This document shows positions 29,184-38,356 of a stretch of DNA of 64,000 nucleotides, one piece after another. Every line of letters begins with the position of its first letter. Position 1 is the stretch's first letter. Position numbers and translations under genes: made by a program. Source of the DNA: Gemmatimonadales bacterium (GTDB lineage Bacteria > Gemmatimonadota > Gemmatimonadetes > Gemmatimonadales > GWC2-71-9). The notes below the pieces were generated by a model, which saw nothing but the letters and a program-made list of their open reading frames with translations, ran no database searches and had not been told where the DNA came from. Where the stretch lies: positions 8,156 through 72,155 of the forward strand of contig DATEIR010000120.1 in NCBI GenBank assembly GCA_035278885.1. The letters run 5' to 3'.

Positions 29184-30581
29184 ATGCCGGGTTACGCACG
29201 CCGGTGCAGGAAGGTGCGTGGCCTTGCCGGGAGGCGGCCGGAGGGCGATACTAGCTCTACCCCGGACCCCCATCTGGAAGGACAACACCTGTTCACCTCC
29301 GAGCAGCTCTTCGACGAGGTCGGGTCGTCGGCTGATGTGCTCCGGCATGCCCCATTCCTGGAGCGTGCCAGGGTCGAACGCGATCTCGACCGCGAGGTTT
29401 CGGCGCGCCTGGCACTCGCCGCGTATGTGACGGCGCGACTGGTGGACCGCCTGAACGAGGGAGCGCCGGACGACGAAAGCCGCGAGGCGTTCGCGTGGCA
29501 GGTGGACGCCGTGCGTCGGCACCTGTCCGACCTCCCGGCGGAGCTGCCCGAAACGGCGCACCTTGTCGGCATCCTGGAGCAGGTCCCACCGACCGGACAG
29601 GCGCGGACCGGCCTCAGGCTCGGCCTCACCGCCTATGCGTATTTCCTCGAACATGAAGCCCGCCTAGCCGAGGCCCTCGACGTCCTCGGGCTCGCGGCCC
29701 GCAGCCACGGCAGGGCGATTCCCGTCGGAGAGTTCGCGGCGCTCGCGCTGTTCGCGGCCAGGCTCCGCCGGCTCCAGGCCCAATGGGCCGCGGCCAACGC
29801 CAGCTATGCCGCGGCGGAGGAGGCCGGCCAGGTCACCGGAGACATGGTGACGGTGCTGCGGAGCCGGATCGGGCGGGGAGGCGTCCTGCGAGGTCAGGGC
29901 AATCTTCCCGCCTGCCGCTCGCTGACCGAATCGGTCCTCCGGAGCGCCGAAGAGCTGAATCTCCGCGAGGTGCAGGCGATGGCCTGCGCCGATCTCGCGG
30001 CGGTGCTGGAGCTGCAAGGGCTGCTCACCGAGTCGGTGCAGGCCAAGTACCGTGCCTTCCGGCTGTGCGACGACGAGATCCAGCGGATGCGGTATCTTGG
30101 CGATCTCGGTATCGGCCTGGCGCAGATCGGCGCCTTCAGCGCCGCGCGTACCGCGTACGAGATCGTCATCGGGTCTCAGGCGAGCTTCCTGGTCCGCACC
30201 AACGCCATCCTCGAGCTCATGGAGCTGGAGTCGGGGGTGGACAACCGGGTCGCCTTCGAGCGGCTGCGCGCCGAGGCGGAGAGCGTGCGGGAGCGGATGA
30301 CGCCGAGCATGACGGCCGACTACCTGTACAAGCTGGGCATCGGCCTGGCCCGCTTCGGCAAAGTGGCCCGGGCCCGCGAGGTGCTGAACGACGCGCTTCG
30401 CCTGACTGAAGCCACCGGATTGAACGCGTGGTACTTCAGGATCGAGCGGACCCTGCAATCGCTCCAGAGCGGGACCGACGCGCGCGAGCCCAATCCTCCC
30501 GTGTCGGCCGGCCTCAGCGAGCTGCCGGCCGTCCAGGAAGTGGCCCTCGGGCTCCGCGAGTATGCTCTGTCGGGCGCCTAG
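29184..30581 (+). CDS. Helical-repeat (TPR-like) hypothetical protein
   Basis: GC3-rich frame with alpha-helical repeat character. Start ATG 29184 was chosen to clear the divergent pilin gene and is uncertain. Confidence 0.6.
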   Translation: MPGYARRCRKVRGLAGRRPEGDTSSTPDPHLEGQHLFTSEQLFDEVGSSADVLRHAPFLERARVERDLDREVSARLALAAYVTARLVDRLNEGAPDDESREAFAWQVDAVRRHLSDLPAELPETAHLVGILEQVPPTGQARTGLRLGLTAYAYFLEHEARLAEALDVLGLAARSHGRAIPVGEFAALALFAARLRRLQAQWAAANASYAAAEEAGQVTGDMVTVLRSRIGRGGVLRGQGNLPACRSLTESVLRSAEELNLREVQAMACADLAAVLELQGLLTESVQAKYRAFRLCDDEIQRMRYLGDLGIGLAQIGAFSAARTAYEIVIGSQASFLVRTNAILELMELESGVDNRVAFERLRAEAESVRERMTPSMTADYLYKLGIGLARFGKVARAREVLNDALRLTEATGLNAWYFRIERTLQSLQSGTDAREPNPPVSAGLSELPAVQEVALGLREYALSGA

Positions 30582-30718
30582 GTGTTGGCGCCCTGAGTCT
30601 CGAGCGACGCGGCGGGGACATCGGACGGGCCGGTAGCGTCAGTCCGGGTGCAGGCGCTGGTCAGCAGGGCCAGGGACAATGAGGCGATCGCGAGCCAGGT
30701 GGAAGCGCGACGAGCCAT
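30578..30718 (-). CDS. Possible small lipoprotein (46 aa)
   Basis: MARRASTWLAIASLSLALLTSAC has a signal peptide plus lipobox. The ORF is short, so support is weak. Confidence 0.35.
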   Translation of the reverse strand: MARRASTWLAIASLSLALLTSACTRTDATGPSDVPAASLETQGANT

Positions 30719-30791
30719 GGCGGTACCCTCCGGTGATTCGAATCGGGATAGGGGTACCGTCAATGTGTCGCGACGCTTCCTGACGATTTAG

Positions 30792-30833
30792 GGCCTTTTT
30801 GCGACAATTAGGGGCCGATTTGCGACACTTGCT
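30792..30833 (+). promoter_or_regulatory. Two tandem 21-bp direct repeats (GGCCnnnTTGCGACA core), candidate operator
   Basis: GGCCTTTTTGCGACAATTAGG followed by GGCCGATTTGCGACACTTGCT, 15/21 identical with exactly 21-bp periodicity, at the 5' end of the AraC-like gene. Confidence 0.45.
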
Positions 30834-31620
30834 CCTCGCTGCCGTCCCTCCGGAGCGCCTGTTCAGGCTGCGGACCCTGGATCCCGACCGGTTCCAGTGG
30901 CTCGCGGTCAGCGGGTGGCCGGAGGCGGTCGAGGTCATCCGGGCCAAGCCGATCGACATGGCGGTCGTCGATCCGCTCCTGACCGGTGGGTCCCCTCGGC
31001 ACCACGGCATCGAGCGGCTGCGGCTCTTCTTTCCATCGCTTCCCCTGCTGGTCTACACCGATCTCACCCCGGCCAACGCCGCGGTGCTGCTGCAGCTCGG
31101 CCGGGCCGGGATCCGGCGCGTCATCGTCCACCGTTTCGAGGACGCACCCGCCGCCCTTCGGGCCGCCCTGCTGAGCGAGCTGGAGCAGAGCGCCTCGCAG
31201 CAGGTGATGCAGGAGCTCGAGCCGACCCTGCGGGAGCTGCCCGCGGAGCTGCGCGAGGCGCTGGAACTCATGCTGCACACCCCGGGCGACGGTCCGACGG
31301 TCACCGCTCTGGCCGACCGGGCGCAGCTCACCCGGCGCACCTGCGAGCGCTGGTTCACCAAGGTCGGGCTGCCCTCGCCGCGCACGGTCATGGTGCTGAT
31401 CCGGCTGCTGTACGCCCACCGACTGCTGCTGGATCCCGGGTATACGGTCGAGGACGTCGCGCTCAAGCTGGGCTACAGCAAGACGAAGACCCTGCAGATG
31501 CACCTGCGGGCGGTCTTCGGCTACACCGCGGGCGAGCTCCGGGTCTCCCTCAGCAGTGAGGACGCGCTCGGGGTCGTGACCCAGCGCTATTTCCACCAGC
31601 TCAGCCAGGTAGCCTCCTGA
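30799..31620 (+). CDS. AraC-family regulator with N-terminal pseudo-receiver domain
   Basis: C-terminal AraC HTH (VTALADRAQLTRRTCERWF ... VEDVALKLGYSKTKTLQMHLRAVFGYTAGELR). The N-terminal REC-like fold lacks the acidic pair and the Lys. Start is one of TTG 30799, 30820 or 30829. Confidence 0.75.
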   Translation: MRQLGADLRHLLLAAVPPERLFRLRTLDPDRFQWLAVSGWPEAVEVIRAKPIDMAVVDPLLTGGSPRHHGIERLRLFFPSLPLLVYTDLTPANAAVLLQLGRAGIRRVIVHRFEDAPAALRAALLSELEQSASQQVMQELEPTLRELPAELREALELMLHTPGDGPTVTALADRAQLTRRTCERWFTKVGLPSPRTVMVLIRLLYAHRLLLDPGYTVEDVALKLGYSKTKTLQMHLRAVFGYTAGELRVSLSSEDALGVVTQRYFHQLSQVAS

Positions 31621-32024
31621 TGCCGCGCATCCTGATCGTGGACGACGAGCCGATGCTGCGGCGTACCTATGAGCGGGCCCTCCGTCCCAATGGCCTTGAG
31701 GTGACCGCCGTAGGCGATCCGCACCTGGCCTACGAGCTGCTCGAGACGGCGGAGTACGACCTCGTGCTCCTGGACATCCATCTTCCCGGCTTCGCCGGGG
31801 ATGCGCTCTACCTTGCCCTGGCTCGGCGCTGGCCGCGGCTGGCCGGCCGGGTGGTGCTCATGACCGGCGATCCCGGCGCGCTCGACCGGGATTGGCCGGC
31901 GGAGCTTCGCCAACGACCGGTCCTGCTCAAGCCGTTCAGTCTCGACGTCCTGGTCGAAGCCGTCGTGCTCGCCCTGGCCGAGGCCGAGGCGACCGAGCCG
32001 CAACGGAAACGGAACGGCGGATGA
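31620..32024 (+). CDS. Single-domain response regulator (CheY-like)
   Basis: MPRILIVDDEP...DLVLLDIHLPG...LLKPF. The ATG shares one nt with the upstream TGA. Confidence 0.85.
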   Translation: MPRILIVDDEPMLRRTYERALRPNGLEVTAVGDPHLAYELLETAEYDLVLLDIHLPGFAGDALYLALARRWPRLAGRVVLMTGDPGALDRDWPAELRQRPVLLKPFSLDVLVEAVVLALAEAEATEPQRKRNGG

Positions 32025-32659
32025 CAGCTGGTCTGACCCTCGCGCCGCCGTCGGACGGCCTCGCGACCCTGCGGGAGTACCGCGCCCTGGCCCCCTGGGG
32101 CCTCCGCGACCTGGCGGCGCTCGCCGCTGGCGTGCTGGATGCGTCGGGTGTGGTGCCCGTGAACGCGGCCGCGCGGGCCCGGCCGAGCGAGCGGACCATC
32201 CGCTTTTACGTGGCCCGCGGGCTGGTGAGTCCCCCGGACGGCCGAGGCACGGCCGCGGTGTACTCCTACCGCCACCTGCTCCAGGTGCTCGCCATCAAGC
32301 TGCGGCAGATGGAGGGAGCCACGCTGGAGGCGTTGACCCGCGAGCTCACCGGCCTCACCGGCGACCTGATCGAGCGCCGGGTGGCGCTGGCGCTCGGGCC
32401 GGGGCTCCCTCGCCCCGATCGACTGCCCCTGCTGCAGGCGCCGGGAACGGGTCGAGGGCGGGTCGGCCGCGCGGTGCTGGGCTGGCTGACACCGGTCGAG
32501 GCCGCCCGCGGCGGCGTCGAGGTGGTCCGGCGGATCGCGGTGGCGCCGGGCGTCGAGGTCCTGATCGACGAGCAGCATCCGGTGCTCCGACTCAACGGCG
32601 ACACCGCCGCGATCGCCGAGGCGCTCCGATCGGCGCTCGGCGGCCTCGTCTCCTCCTGA
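32021..32659 (+). CDS. MerR-like HTH protein (atypical, with insertion in the HTH region)
   Basis: ATGA overlap with the upstream gene. ERTIRFYVARGLVSPP...YSYRHLLQVLAIKLRQMEGATLE resembles the MerR recognition helix and wing. Confidence 0.55.
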   Translation: MTAGLTLAPPSDGLATLREYRALAPWGLRDLAALAAGVLDASGVVPVNAAARARPSERTIRFYVARGLVSPPDGRGTAAVYSYRHLLQVLAIKLRQMEGATLEALTRELTGLTGDLIERRVALALGPGLPRPDRLPLLQAPGTGRGRVGRAVLGWLTPVEAARGGVEVVRRIAVAPGVEVLIDEQHPVLRLNGDTAAIAEALRSALGGLVSS

Positions 32660-32684
32660 CTTTCCTCCCCTTGAGGGTGCAGCC

Positions 32685-33257
32685 ATGGCCACGATCGTCC
32701 TGCTGGTGGTGCTCGTCGTCGTCGTGCTCTGGGTCATCGGGGCCTACAACGGTCTGATCGCGCTCAAGAATCAGGTGGCCAACGCCTGGAAGCAGATCGA
32801 CGTGCAGCTCAAGCGGCGGCACGATCTGATTCCCAACCTGGTCAACACGGTCAAGGGCGCGATGGAGTTCGAGCGCGGCACGCTGGAGGCGGTGATCGCG
32901 GCCCGCAACAAGGCGGTGGGCGCCACTGGGGTGAAGCAGACGGCGCAGGCCGAAGGTGAGCTCACCCAGGCGCTGGGCCGGCTCTTCGCCCTGACCGAGG
33001 CGTACCCGGACCTCAAGGCCAATCAGAATGTGCTGCAGCTGCAGGAGGAGCTCACCAGCACCGAGAACAAGGTCGGCTTCGCGCGCCAGCTCTACAACGA
33101 CACGGCGACGCAGTACAACACCAAACAGGCCACCTTCCCCACGCTGCTGGTGGCGGGCCTCGCGAAGGCGCAGCCGGCCGAGCTGTGGGAGATCGAAGAC
33201 GCCGCCGAGCGGGCGGTGCCCAACGTCGATCTGTCGTTCAACAAGCCGGCGACGTGA
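32685..33257 (+). CDS. lemA: LemA family membrane protein
   Basis: N-terminal TM plus NAWKQIDVQLKRRHDLIPNLVNTVKG, the LemA signature. Confidence 0.85.
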   Translation: MATIVLLVVLVVVVLWVIGAYNGLIALKNQVANAWKQIDVQLKRRHDLIPNLVNTVKGAMEFERGTLEAVIAARNKAVGATGVKQTAQAEGELTQALGRLFALTEAYPDLKANQNVLQLQEELTSTENKVGFARQLYNDTATQYNTKQATFPTLLVAGLAKAQPAELWEIEDAAERAVPNVDLSFNKPAT

Positions 33258-34315
33258 GCGGGGACGGCAACCTCTTCGCCCAGCAGGAAGCCAATCGCCG
33301 TCGCTCCACCTGGCTCACCGTCGGATTCATCGTCTTTTTCGCCTGGGTCGGGTTCGGCGGCGATCTCGCCTTCGGACTCCTGACCGCCGACGCGCCTCCC
33401 GAATCCTACCACCACGTCATCCCCGTCATCGGGATCTTCACCACCCTGGTCGCCGCCGGGATCTGCTGGTTCTCCTGGCGCTACGGGGCCCAGCGGGTGC
33501 TCTGGTCCACCGGGGCCTGGGAGATCGTCGAGGCCGCGACGCCGCCCCAGCGGCAGCTGGTGAACGTGGTGGAGGAGATGGCGATCGCGTCGGGGATTCC
33601 CAGGCCCAGGGTGTACGTGGTGCCGGACCCCGATCCCAACGCCTTCGCCACCGGCCGCGACGCCGAGACGGCGAGCATCGCGGTCACCGAAGGCCTGCTC
33701 GAGGCGCTCAGCCGTGACGAGCTGCAGGCGGTCGTGGCCCATGAGATGGCCCACATCCGCAACCTGGACATCCGGCTGATGACGCTGCTGGCGGGGATGG
33801 TGGGCGCGATCGCGCTCATGTCCGACGGGATGGGGCGGATGCTGCGCTTCGGCCGCTTCGGCGGCGGCAGCCAGCGGAGCAGCAGCAGCGACGGCGGAAA
33901 CGGCAAGGGCGGCGGCAATCCGCTCGGCCTCATCGTGCTGGTGCTCTGGCTGGTCACGCTGATCGTGGCTCCGGTGGTCTCCCAGATCCTGGCGATGTCG
34001 GTGAGCCGCAAGCGCGAGTACCTGGCCGACGCCAGCGGCGCGCAGTTCACCCGGAACCCGCTCGCGCTCGCCTCCGCCCTGGAGAAGCTCGCCGCCGCCA
34101 CGGCCCCGACCCGGGCGATCACCCGCGGCGCCGCCCACCTCTGCATCGTCGATCCGTCGCCCGGCCTGCTCTCGGAGCGGAGCGGCCTCCTGGCCGACGT
34201 CATGGCCAGCCACCCGCCGATCGCGCAGCGGATCACCAGGCTTCGGGAGATGGCGTACGTCGGGCCGGCGGGCGAGGCGGGTGGGGCGTTGGCGCAGGCG
34301 AAGAGAGAAATGTAG
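33254..34315 (+). CDS. M48-family (HtpX-like) zinc metalloprotease, membrane-bound
   Basis: GTGA overlap with lemA. Two N-terminal TM segments, HEMAHIRNLD zinc motif, further TM segments. Confidence 0.85.
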   Translation: MSGDGNLFAQQEANRRRSTWLTVGFIVFFAWVGFGGDLAFGLLTADAPPESYHHVIPVIGIFTTLVAAGICWFSWRYGAQRVLWSTGAWEIVEAATPPQRQLVNVVEEMAIASGIPRPRVYVVPDPDPNAFATGRDAETASIAVTEGLLEALSRDELQAVVAHEMAHIRNLDIRLMTLLAGMVGAIALMSDGMGRMLRFGRFGGGSQRSSSSDGGNGKGGGNPLGLIVLVLWLVTLIVAPVVSQILAMSVSRKREYLADASGAQFTRNPLALASALEKLAAATAPTRAITRGAAHLCIVDPSPGLLSERSGLLADVMASHPPIAQRITRLREMAYVGPAGEAGGALAQAKREM

Positions 34316-34320
34316 GTGCC

Positions 34321-35388
34321 CTACCCGCCTCGAGTGCTCAAATCCACCAGATCCGCCGTAAAGGTTCCCGGGTCGAACGGCAAGGCCACGACCAGGTCGG
34401 CGCCGGCGCCGCGGGCGGGGGCGCCGTCGCCGGTGGCGAGGGCCACCAATCGGTAGCTGCGGCCTTCAGCGGGCAGGAAGCCGCCGAAGGGATGGGCCCC
34501 GGCGGCGTCCGTCCCCGCGCTCACCACCACCAGGCGGACGCCCACGCCTTCCACGCGGGCCTGCAGGTCGGCCACGTCGGCCGCGGCCTGGACCTCGAAG
34601 CCGACGTGCCGAAGCAGCAGCGACACCACCCGGGTCAGATCCTCATCCGCCAGCAGCACGACGGCCCGGCCAAGACTCAGCGCCGGAGCTGACGCGGCGG
34701 GAGACTCGAGGTCCACCATCCGCACCCCCGCGACGTAGCTCTTGGTCCGGACTTCCCGCAGGTCGCCGATCTGGCGCACGATGTCGCGGATCCGGCGGAG
34801 CGCGGTCTGAATGTCCTGCAGTCCCTCCCGCCGCTTGGCCTCCGGCATGGCGGGGTCCGCCAGCAGCAGCTCCACGTCGGCGAAGGCCGACATCAGCGGG
34901 TTGTTGATCTCGTGATGCAGGGTCACCGTCATCTCGCCGATGGCGGCCAGCCGCTCGGCGCGAAGCAGGTCCCGCTCGGAGGCGGCCAGCGCCTTGCGGA
35001 GCTCCCGGGCGCGGCGGACCCGTTCCAGCACCTGAGGCAGCATCTCCGTGAGGGAGGCATCCTTGGCGAGATAATCGTCGGCCCCACGACGGAGGGCGGT
35101 CGCGGCGAGCGACTCGTTGCCGTGGGCGGTGATCATCACGACCGCCGGCGGGTGGGGCCGCGCCCGGATGGCGTCGAGGACCTCGAGGCCGGTGCTGTCG
35201 GGCAGCTGATGGTCCAGGAGGACGACGGCGATGCCGTTCCCGTCCAGCCGCTCCAGGGCCTCACGGCCGCTCGCGGCGTGCACCACCTCGGCGATCCCTT
35301 TCGCGGCCAGGATCTTCTGCACCAGCCGCACGATCATGGGGTCGTCGTCGACGAGCAGGATGCGGCCCGGAGCCGCGGGCAGGGGCAC
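34321..35388 (-). CDS. Receiver-HisKA(DHp)-pseudo-receiver protein lacking an ATPase domain
   Basis: ILLVDDDP...VLLDHQLPD (REC). H-box TLHHEINNPL. The C-terminal REC-like region has no acceptor Asp. No N/G1/G2 boxes found. Confidence 0.75.
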   Translation of the reverse strand: MPLPAAPGRILLVDDDPMIVRLVQKILAAKGIAEVVHAASGREALERLDGNGIAVVLLDHQLPDSTGLEVLDAIRARPHPPAVVMITAHGNESLAATALRRGADDYLAKDASLTEMLPQVLERVRRARELRKALAASERDLLRAERLAAIGEMTVTLHHEINNPLMSAFADVELLLADPAMPEAKRREGLQDIQTALRRIRDIVRQIGDLREVRTKSYVAGVRMVDLESPAASAPALSLGRAVVLLADEDLTRVVSLLLRHVGFEVQAAADVADLQARVEGVGVRLVVVSAGTDAAGAHPFGGFLPAEGRSYRLVALATGDGAPARGAGADLVVALPFDPGTFTADLVDLSTRGG

Positions 35389-35390
35389 GC

Positions 35391-36455
35391 TCAGACGCGC
35401 CCGTCGTCCAGGAAGACGAGCGCCTGGCGATGGCCGATCACGGTAGCCAGGGCGTCATGGACGCTCGGGTCCAGCATGCCGCCGACCAGGTCGCGCATCC
35501 GCTCGACCGCGATCTCGGGCGGCATCTTCTCCTGGTAGGGCCGGGACGTGGTGAGGGCGTCGTAGATCTCCACCGCCCCGATGATGCGCGCGCCGAGGGG
35601 GATGGCCTCGCCTGCCAGACGGTCGGGATATCCGGTGCCGTCCCAGCGCTCGTGGTGGCTTCGGACGAAGGTGATGACATCCTTCAGGTGGACCAGAGGG
35701 GCGAGGATCTGGGAGCCCACCAGCACGTGCTGCTTGACGTGCTCGAACTCGACGTCGGTGAGCGGGCCCTGCTTGTTCAGGATCTCCTCCCGGATGCCGA
35801 TCTTGCCGATATCGTGCAGCCGGCCGCCGGTCCGGATCGCCTCCACGGCCTCGTCGCTGCATCCCATCTGGGCGGCGATGCTGGCCGAGAGGTCGGCCAC
35901 CCGGGCGGAGTGGCCGCGGAGGTGGGGATCCTTGGCCTCCAGGGCGTTGACCAGCGCCTCCAGCGTGGCCACCGAGATCCGCTCCTGGGCCGCCTGCTCC
36001 AGCCGCCGCTCGGCGACCCGGAGCGCGACTTCCTCCTTGAGCCACTGATTGATCTGCTGGCCCTCGAGGACGGTATCGCGCCGGCGCAGCGCGTTCTGGA
36101 TGGCGCGGCCGAGCACCGGGAGATCGATCGGCTTGATGAGGTAGTCCAGCGCGCCGCGCTGCATGCAGAGGGCCGCGCTGGTCGCGTCGTTGACCGCGGT
36201 GAGCATGAGCAGCGCGAGGTTGGGCTCCAGCTCCAGCACCCGGGGCACCAGATCGATGCCGCTGGTGCCGGGAAGATTCACGTCCAGCAGCATGCCGGTC
36301 ACCTTGCGCCGCTCGAGCAGGGCGAGCGCCTCGTCCCCCGTTGCCGCCGTCGCGACCTCGTAGCCTTCGTGGACGAGATACTTCCGGACCGAGGTCCGGA
36401 TCGCCTCTTCGTCATCCACGACCACCAGCGTCACCGGACCGTCAGGCACACACAC
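35391..36455 (-). CDS. Response regulator with HD-GYP domain (RpfG-like c-di-GMP phosphodiesterase)
   Basis: VVVDDEE...MLLDVNLPG (REC). HDIGKIGI and HHERWDGTGYP (HD-GYP). The start may be an internal GTG near 36434. Confidence 0.85.
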   Translation of the reverse strand: MCVPDGPVTLVVVDDEEAIRTSVRKYLVHEGYEVATAATGDEALALLERRKVTGMLLDVNLPGTSGIDLVPRVLELEPNLALLMLTAVNDATSAALCMQRGALDYLIKPIDLPVLGRAIQNALRRRDTVLEGQQINQWLKEEVALRVAERRLEQAAQERISVATLEALVNALEAKDPHLRGHSARVADLSASIAAQMGCSDEAVEAIRTGGRLHDIGKIGIREEILNKQGPLTDVEFEHVKQHVLVGSQILAPLVHLKDVITFVRSHHERWDGTGYPDRLAGEAIPLGARIIGAVEIYDALTTSRPYQEKMPPEIAVERMRDLVGGMLDPSVHDALATVIGHRQALVFLDDGRV

Positions 36456-36558
36456 TCCTGCCAGGGAGGCCCCGGGTCTCGGATCCGGACCGGTGCCTCA
36501 CGCGGCGAACTGGAGTCTGCTCAGGGAGACTGGAAGCTAGGAGCCGATCCGGACCGGG

Positions 36559-37407
36559 TCAATCACCGTCCACGAAGGAGACCGCCACCCGCTCCGGGAT
36601 GATGCCGGCGTCGAACCCCCGGTCCAGCAGGCGCTGCACCGCCTCCCGTCCCCGGGCGCCGTAGTCGACGGTCCAGTGGTTGACGTACATCCCTACGAAG
36701 GTGTCGGTCCGCTCGTCGCCGATGCCCCGGTTGTACTGCTTGGCGTGGGCCAGAGCCGGGGCCCGGTGCTCGAGCGCGTAGACGATGCTGGCCTTGAGGT
36801 CCCGGGCGATCTGGGCGGTGACCGCCGGCCCAAGGTCGCGCCGCACCGCGTTGCCGCCAAGAGGCAGGGGAAGCCCGGTATCCTCCATCCACCAGGCGCC
36901 CAGGTCGGCCCAGAGGCGCAGGCCGCCGTCGGCGTAGGTGAGCTGGCCCTCGTGGATCAGCAGCCCGACCTCGACCTCGCCCCGCTGGACCGCCTCCTCG
37001 ATCCGGTCGAACGGGACCACGACCGGCTCGATTTCCGGCTGGTAGAGCCGGAGCGCCAGGTAAGCGGTGGTGAGCAGGCCCGGGACCGCGACCCGGCGCC
37101 CCCGGAGCGCGGCCCGCGGGTCGGCCGGCGCCGGCGTGGCGGCGACCAGACGGGGTCCGTAGCCGTCGCCCATCGAAGAGCCGGAGCCGAGGAGCGCGTA
37201 GTCGCGCCAGAGATAGGCATAGGCGTGGATGGAGACGGCGGTGACCTCCAGCTCCTGGCGGCGGGCACGCTGATTGAGCGACTCGATGTCGGAGAGCTCG
37301 TGCACGTACCGGAGGTCACCGGTGTCGAGCTTCCCTTCGGCGAGCGCGTAGAACATGAAGGCGTCGTCGGAATCGGGACTGTGGGCGACGTGGATGGTGC
37401 GGGGCAT
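36559..37407 (-). CDS. MqnA/MqnD-family protein (1,4-dihydroxy-6-naphthoate synthase-like, futalosine pathway)
   Basis: HSPDSDDAFMFYALAEGKLDT...IESLNQRA...SIHAYAYL matches the MqnD N-terminal pattern from memory. Confidence 0.65.
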   Translation of the reverse strand: MPRTIHVAHSPDSDDAFMFYALAEGKLDTGDLRYVHELSDIESLNQRARRQELEVTAVSIHAYAYLWRDYALLGSGSSMGDGYGPRLVAATPAPADPRAALRGRRVAVPGLLTTAYLALRLYQPEIEPVVVPFDRIEEAVQRGEVEVGLLIHEGQLTYADGGLRLWADLGAWWMEDTGLPLPLGGNAVRRDLGPAVTAQIARDLKASIVYALEHRAPALAHAKQYNRGIGDERTDTFVGMYVNHWTVDYGARGREAVQRLLDRGFDAGIIPERVAVSFVDGD

Positions 37408-37432
37408 GGGCTCCTCGATGGGCGGTACCGCC

Positions 37433-38224
37433 CTACCGCCGGCTCTTGAACTCCTCGATCACCGGCGCATGGTCCCGATACTCGGGTCGGCCGGCGGCGG
37501 ACTCGGCCGCGTAATGGCTGGCGAAATCGCGCCGGGCGCGCTCGGCGGCGGCGCTGTCGCCCGCGAGCTCGGCGGCGCTTCCCAGGACCACGTAGCCCAG
37601 CAGATGCCCCGGGTGTTGTCGAAGGATGGTGTCGGCGAGGGCGCGTGCGCCGGCCAGATCGCCGGTCTGGAGCCGGAGGACGGCGGCATGGTAGCGCGCG
37701 TCTGCGTCGATCGTGTCGAGCTGGGTGTAGGCGCCGAGGGCCATCGGGGTGAACCGCAGGACCTGGGCGCTGTCCCCTCGCTGCGCCGCTTCCATGATCC
37801 GGTTGAACAGCCGGTCGAAACGCTCCCTGGGCGACATCTGGCTGATGTCCGGGGCCGGACCGCTCGGTGTCCCCGAGGCTTCGGCGCCGCCGGCCCCGGG
37901 ATTGGCCATCTGGGGAATGGCCGGCGCGGGCTGGTCCCGCTCCACCCGCCAGACGATGGCCCCGATCAGGATGGCGCAGAGACTTGCCGCGACGAGCCAC
38001 GCCAGGCGCTCGGTGCCGGCGGCGCGTGCCGCCGGCGCGGAGGCCTCGGCCGGCTCGCCGCACCGATGACAGAAGTGAGCCTGGGGCGACAACGTCGCCC
38101 CGCAGTGGCGGCATGCCCGCGGGCTCAGGGTGGCGCCGCAGGCGCTGCAGAAACGGCCTGAAGCCGGCGCTCCGCACGCCGGACAGGGGCCGGCCTGCGG
38201 CACTGGAGAGGAGGGAGCGGTCAT
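37433..38224 (-). CDS. Double zinc-ribbon membrane protein with C-terminal helical-repeat domain
   Basis: CPACG...CSACG...CRHCG...CHRCG, one TM, then a TPR-like region. ATG 38224 or GTG 38242. Confidence 0.6.
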   Translation of the reverse strand: MTAPSSPVPQAGPCPACGAPASGRFCSACGATLSPRACRHCGATLSPQAHFCHRCGEPAEASAPAARAAGTERLAWLVAASLCAILIGAIVWRVERDQPAPAIPQMANPGAGGAEASGTPSGPAPDISQMSPRERFDRLFNRIMEAAQRGDSAQVLRFTPMALGAYTQLDTIDADARYHAAVLRLQTGDLAGARALADTILRQHPGHLLGYVVLGSAAELAGDSAAAERARRDFASHYAAESAAGRPEYRDHAPVIEEFKSRR

Positions 38225-38356
38225 GGGAGTGGAAGCGTACACCGGTCGGTACAGGGCGGGTAGGCCGTCGGTAGCGGGGCGGAGCGGGTGCGCTTACCGT
38301 TGGAGCGGTCCACGGGGCCGCCGCCCCACCGTTCCCCTTCGCCCGGGTCCACCGCC

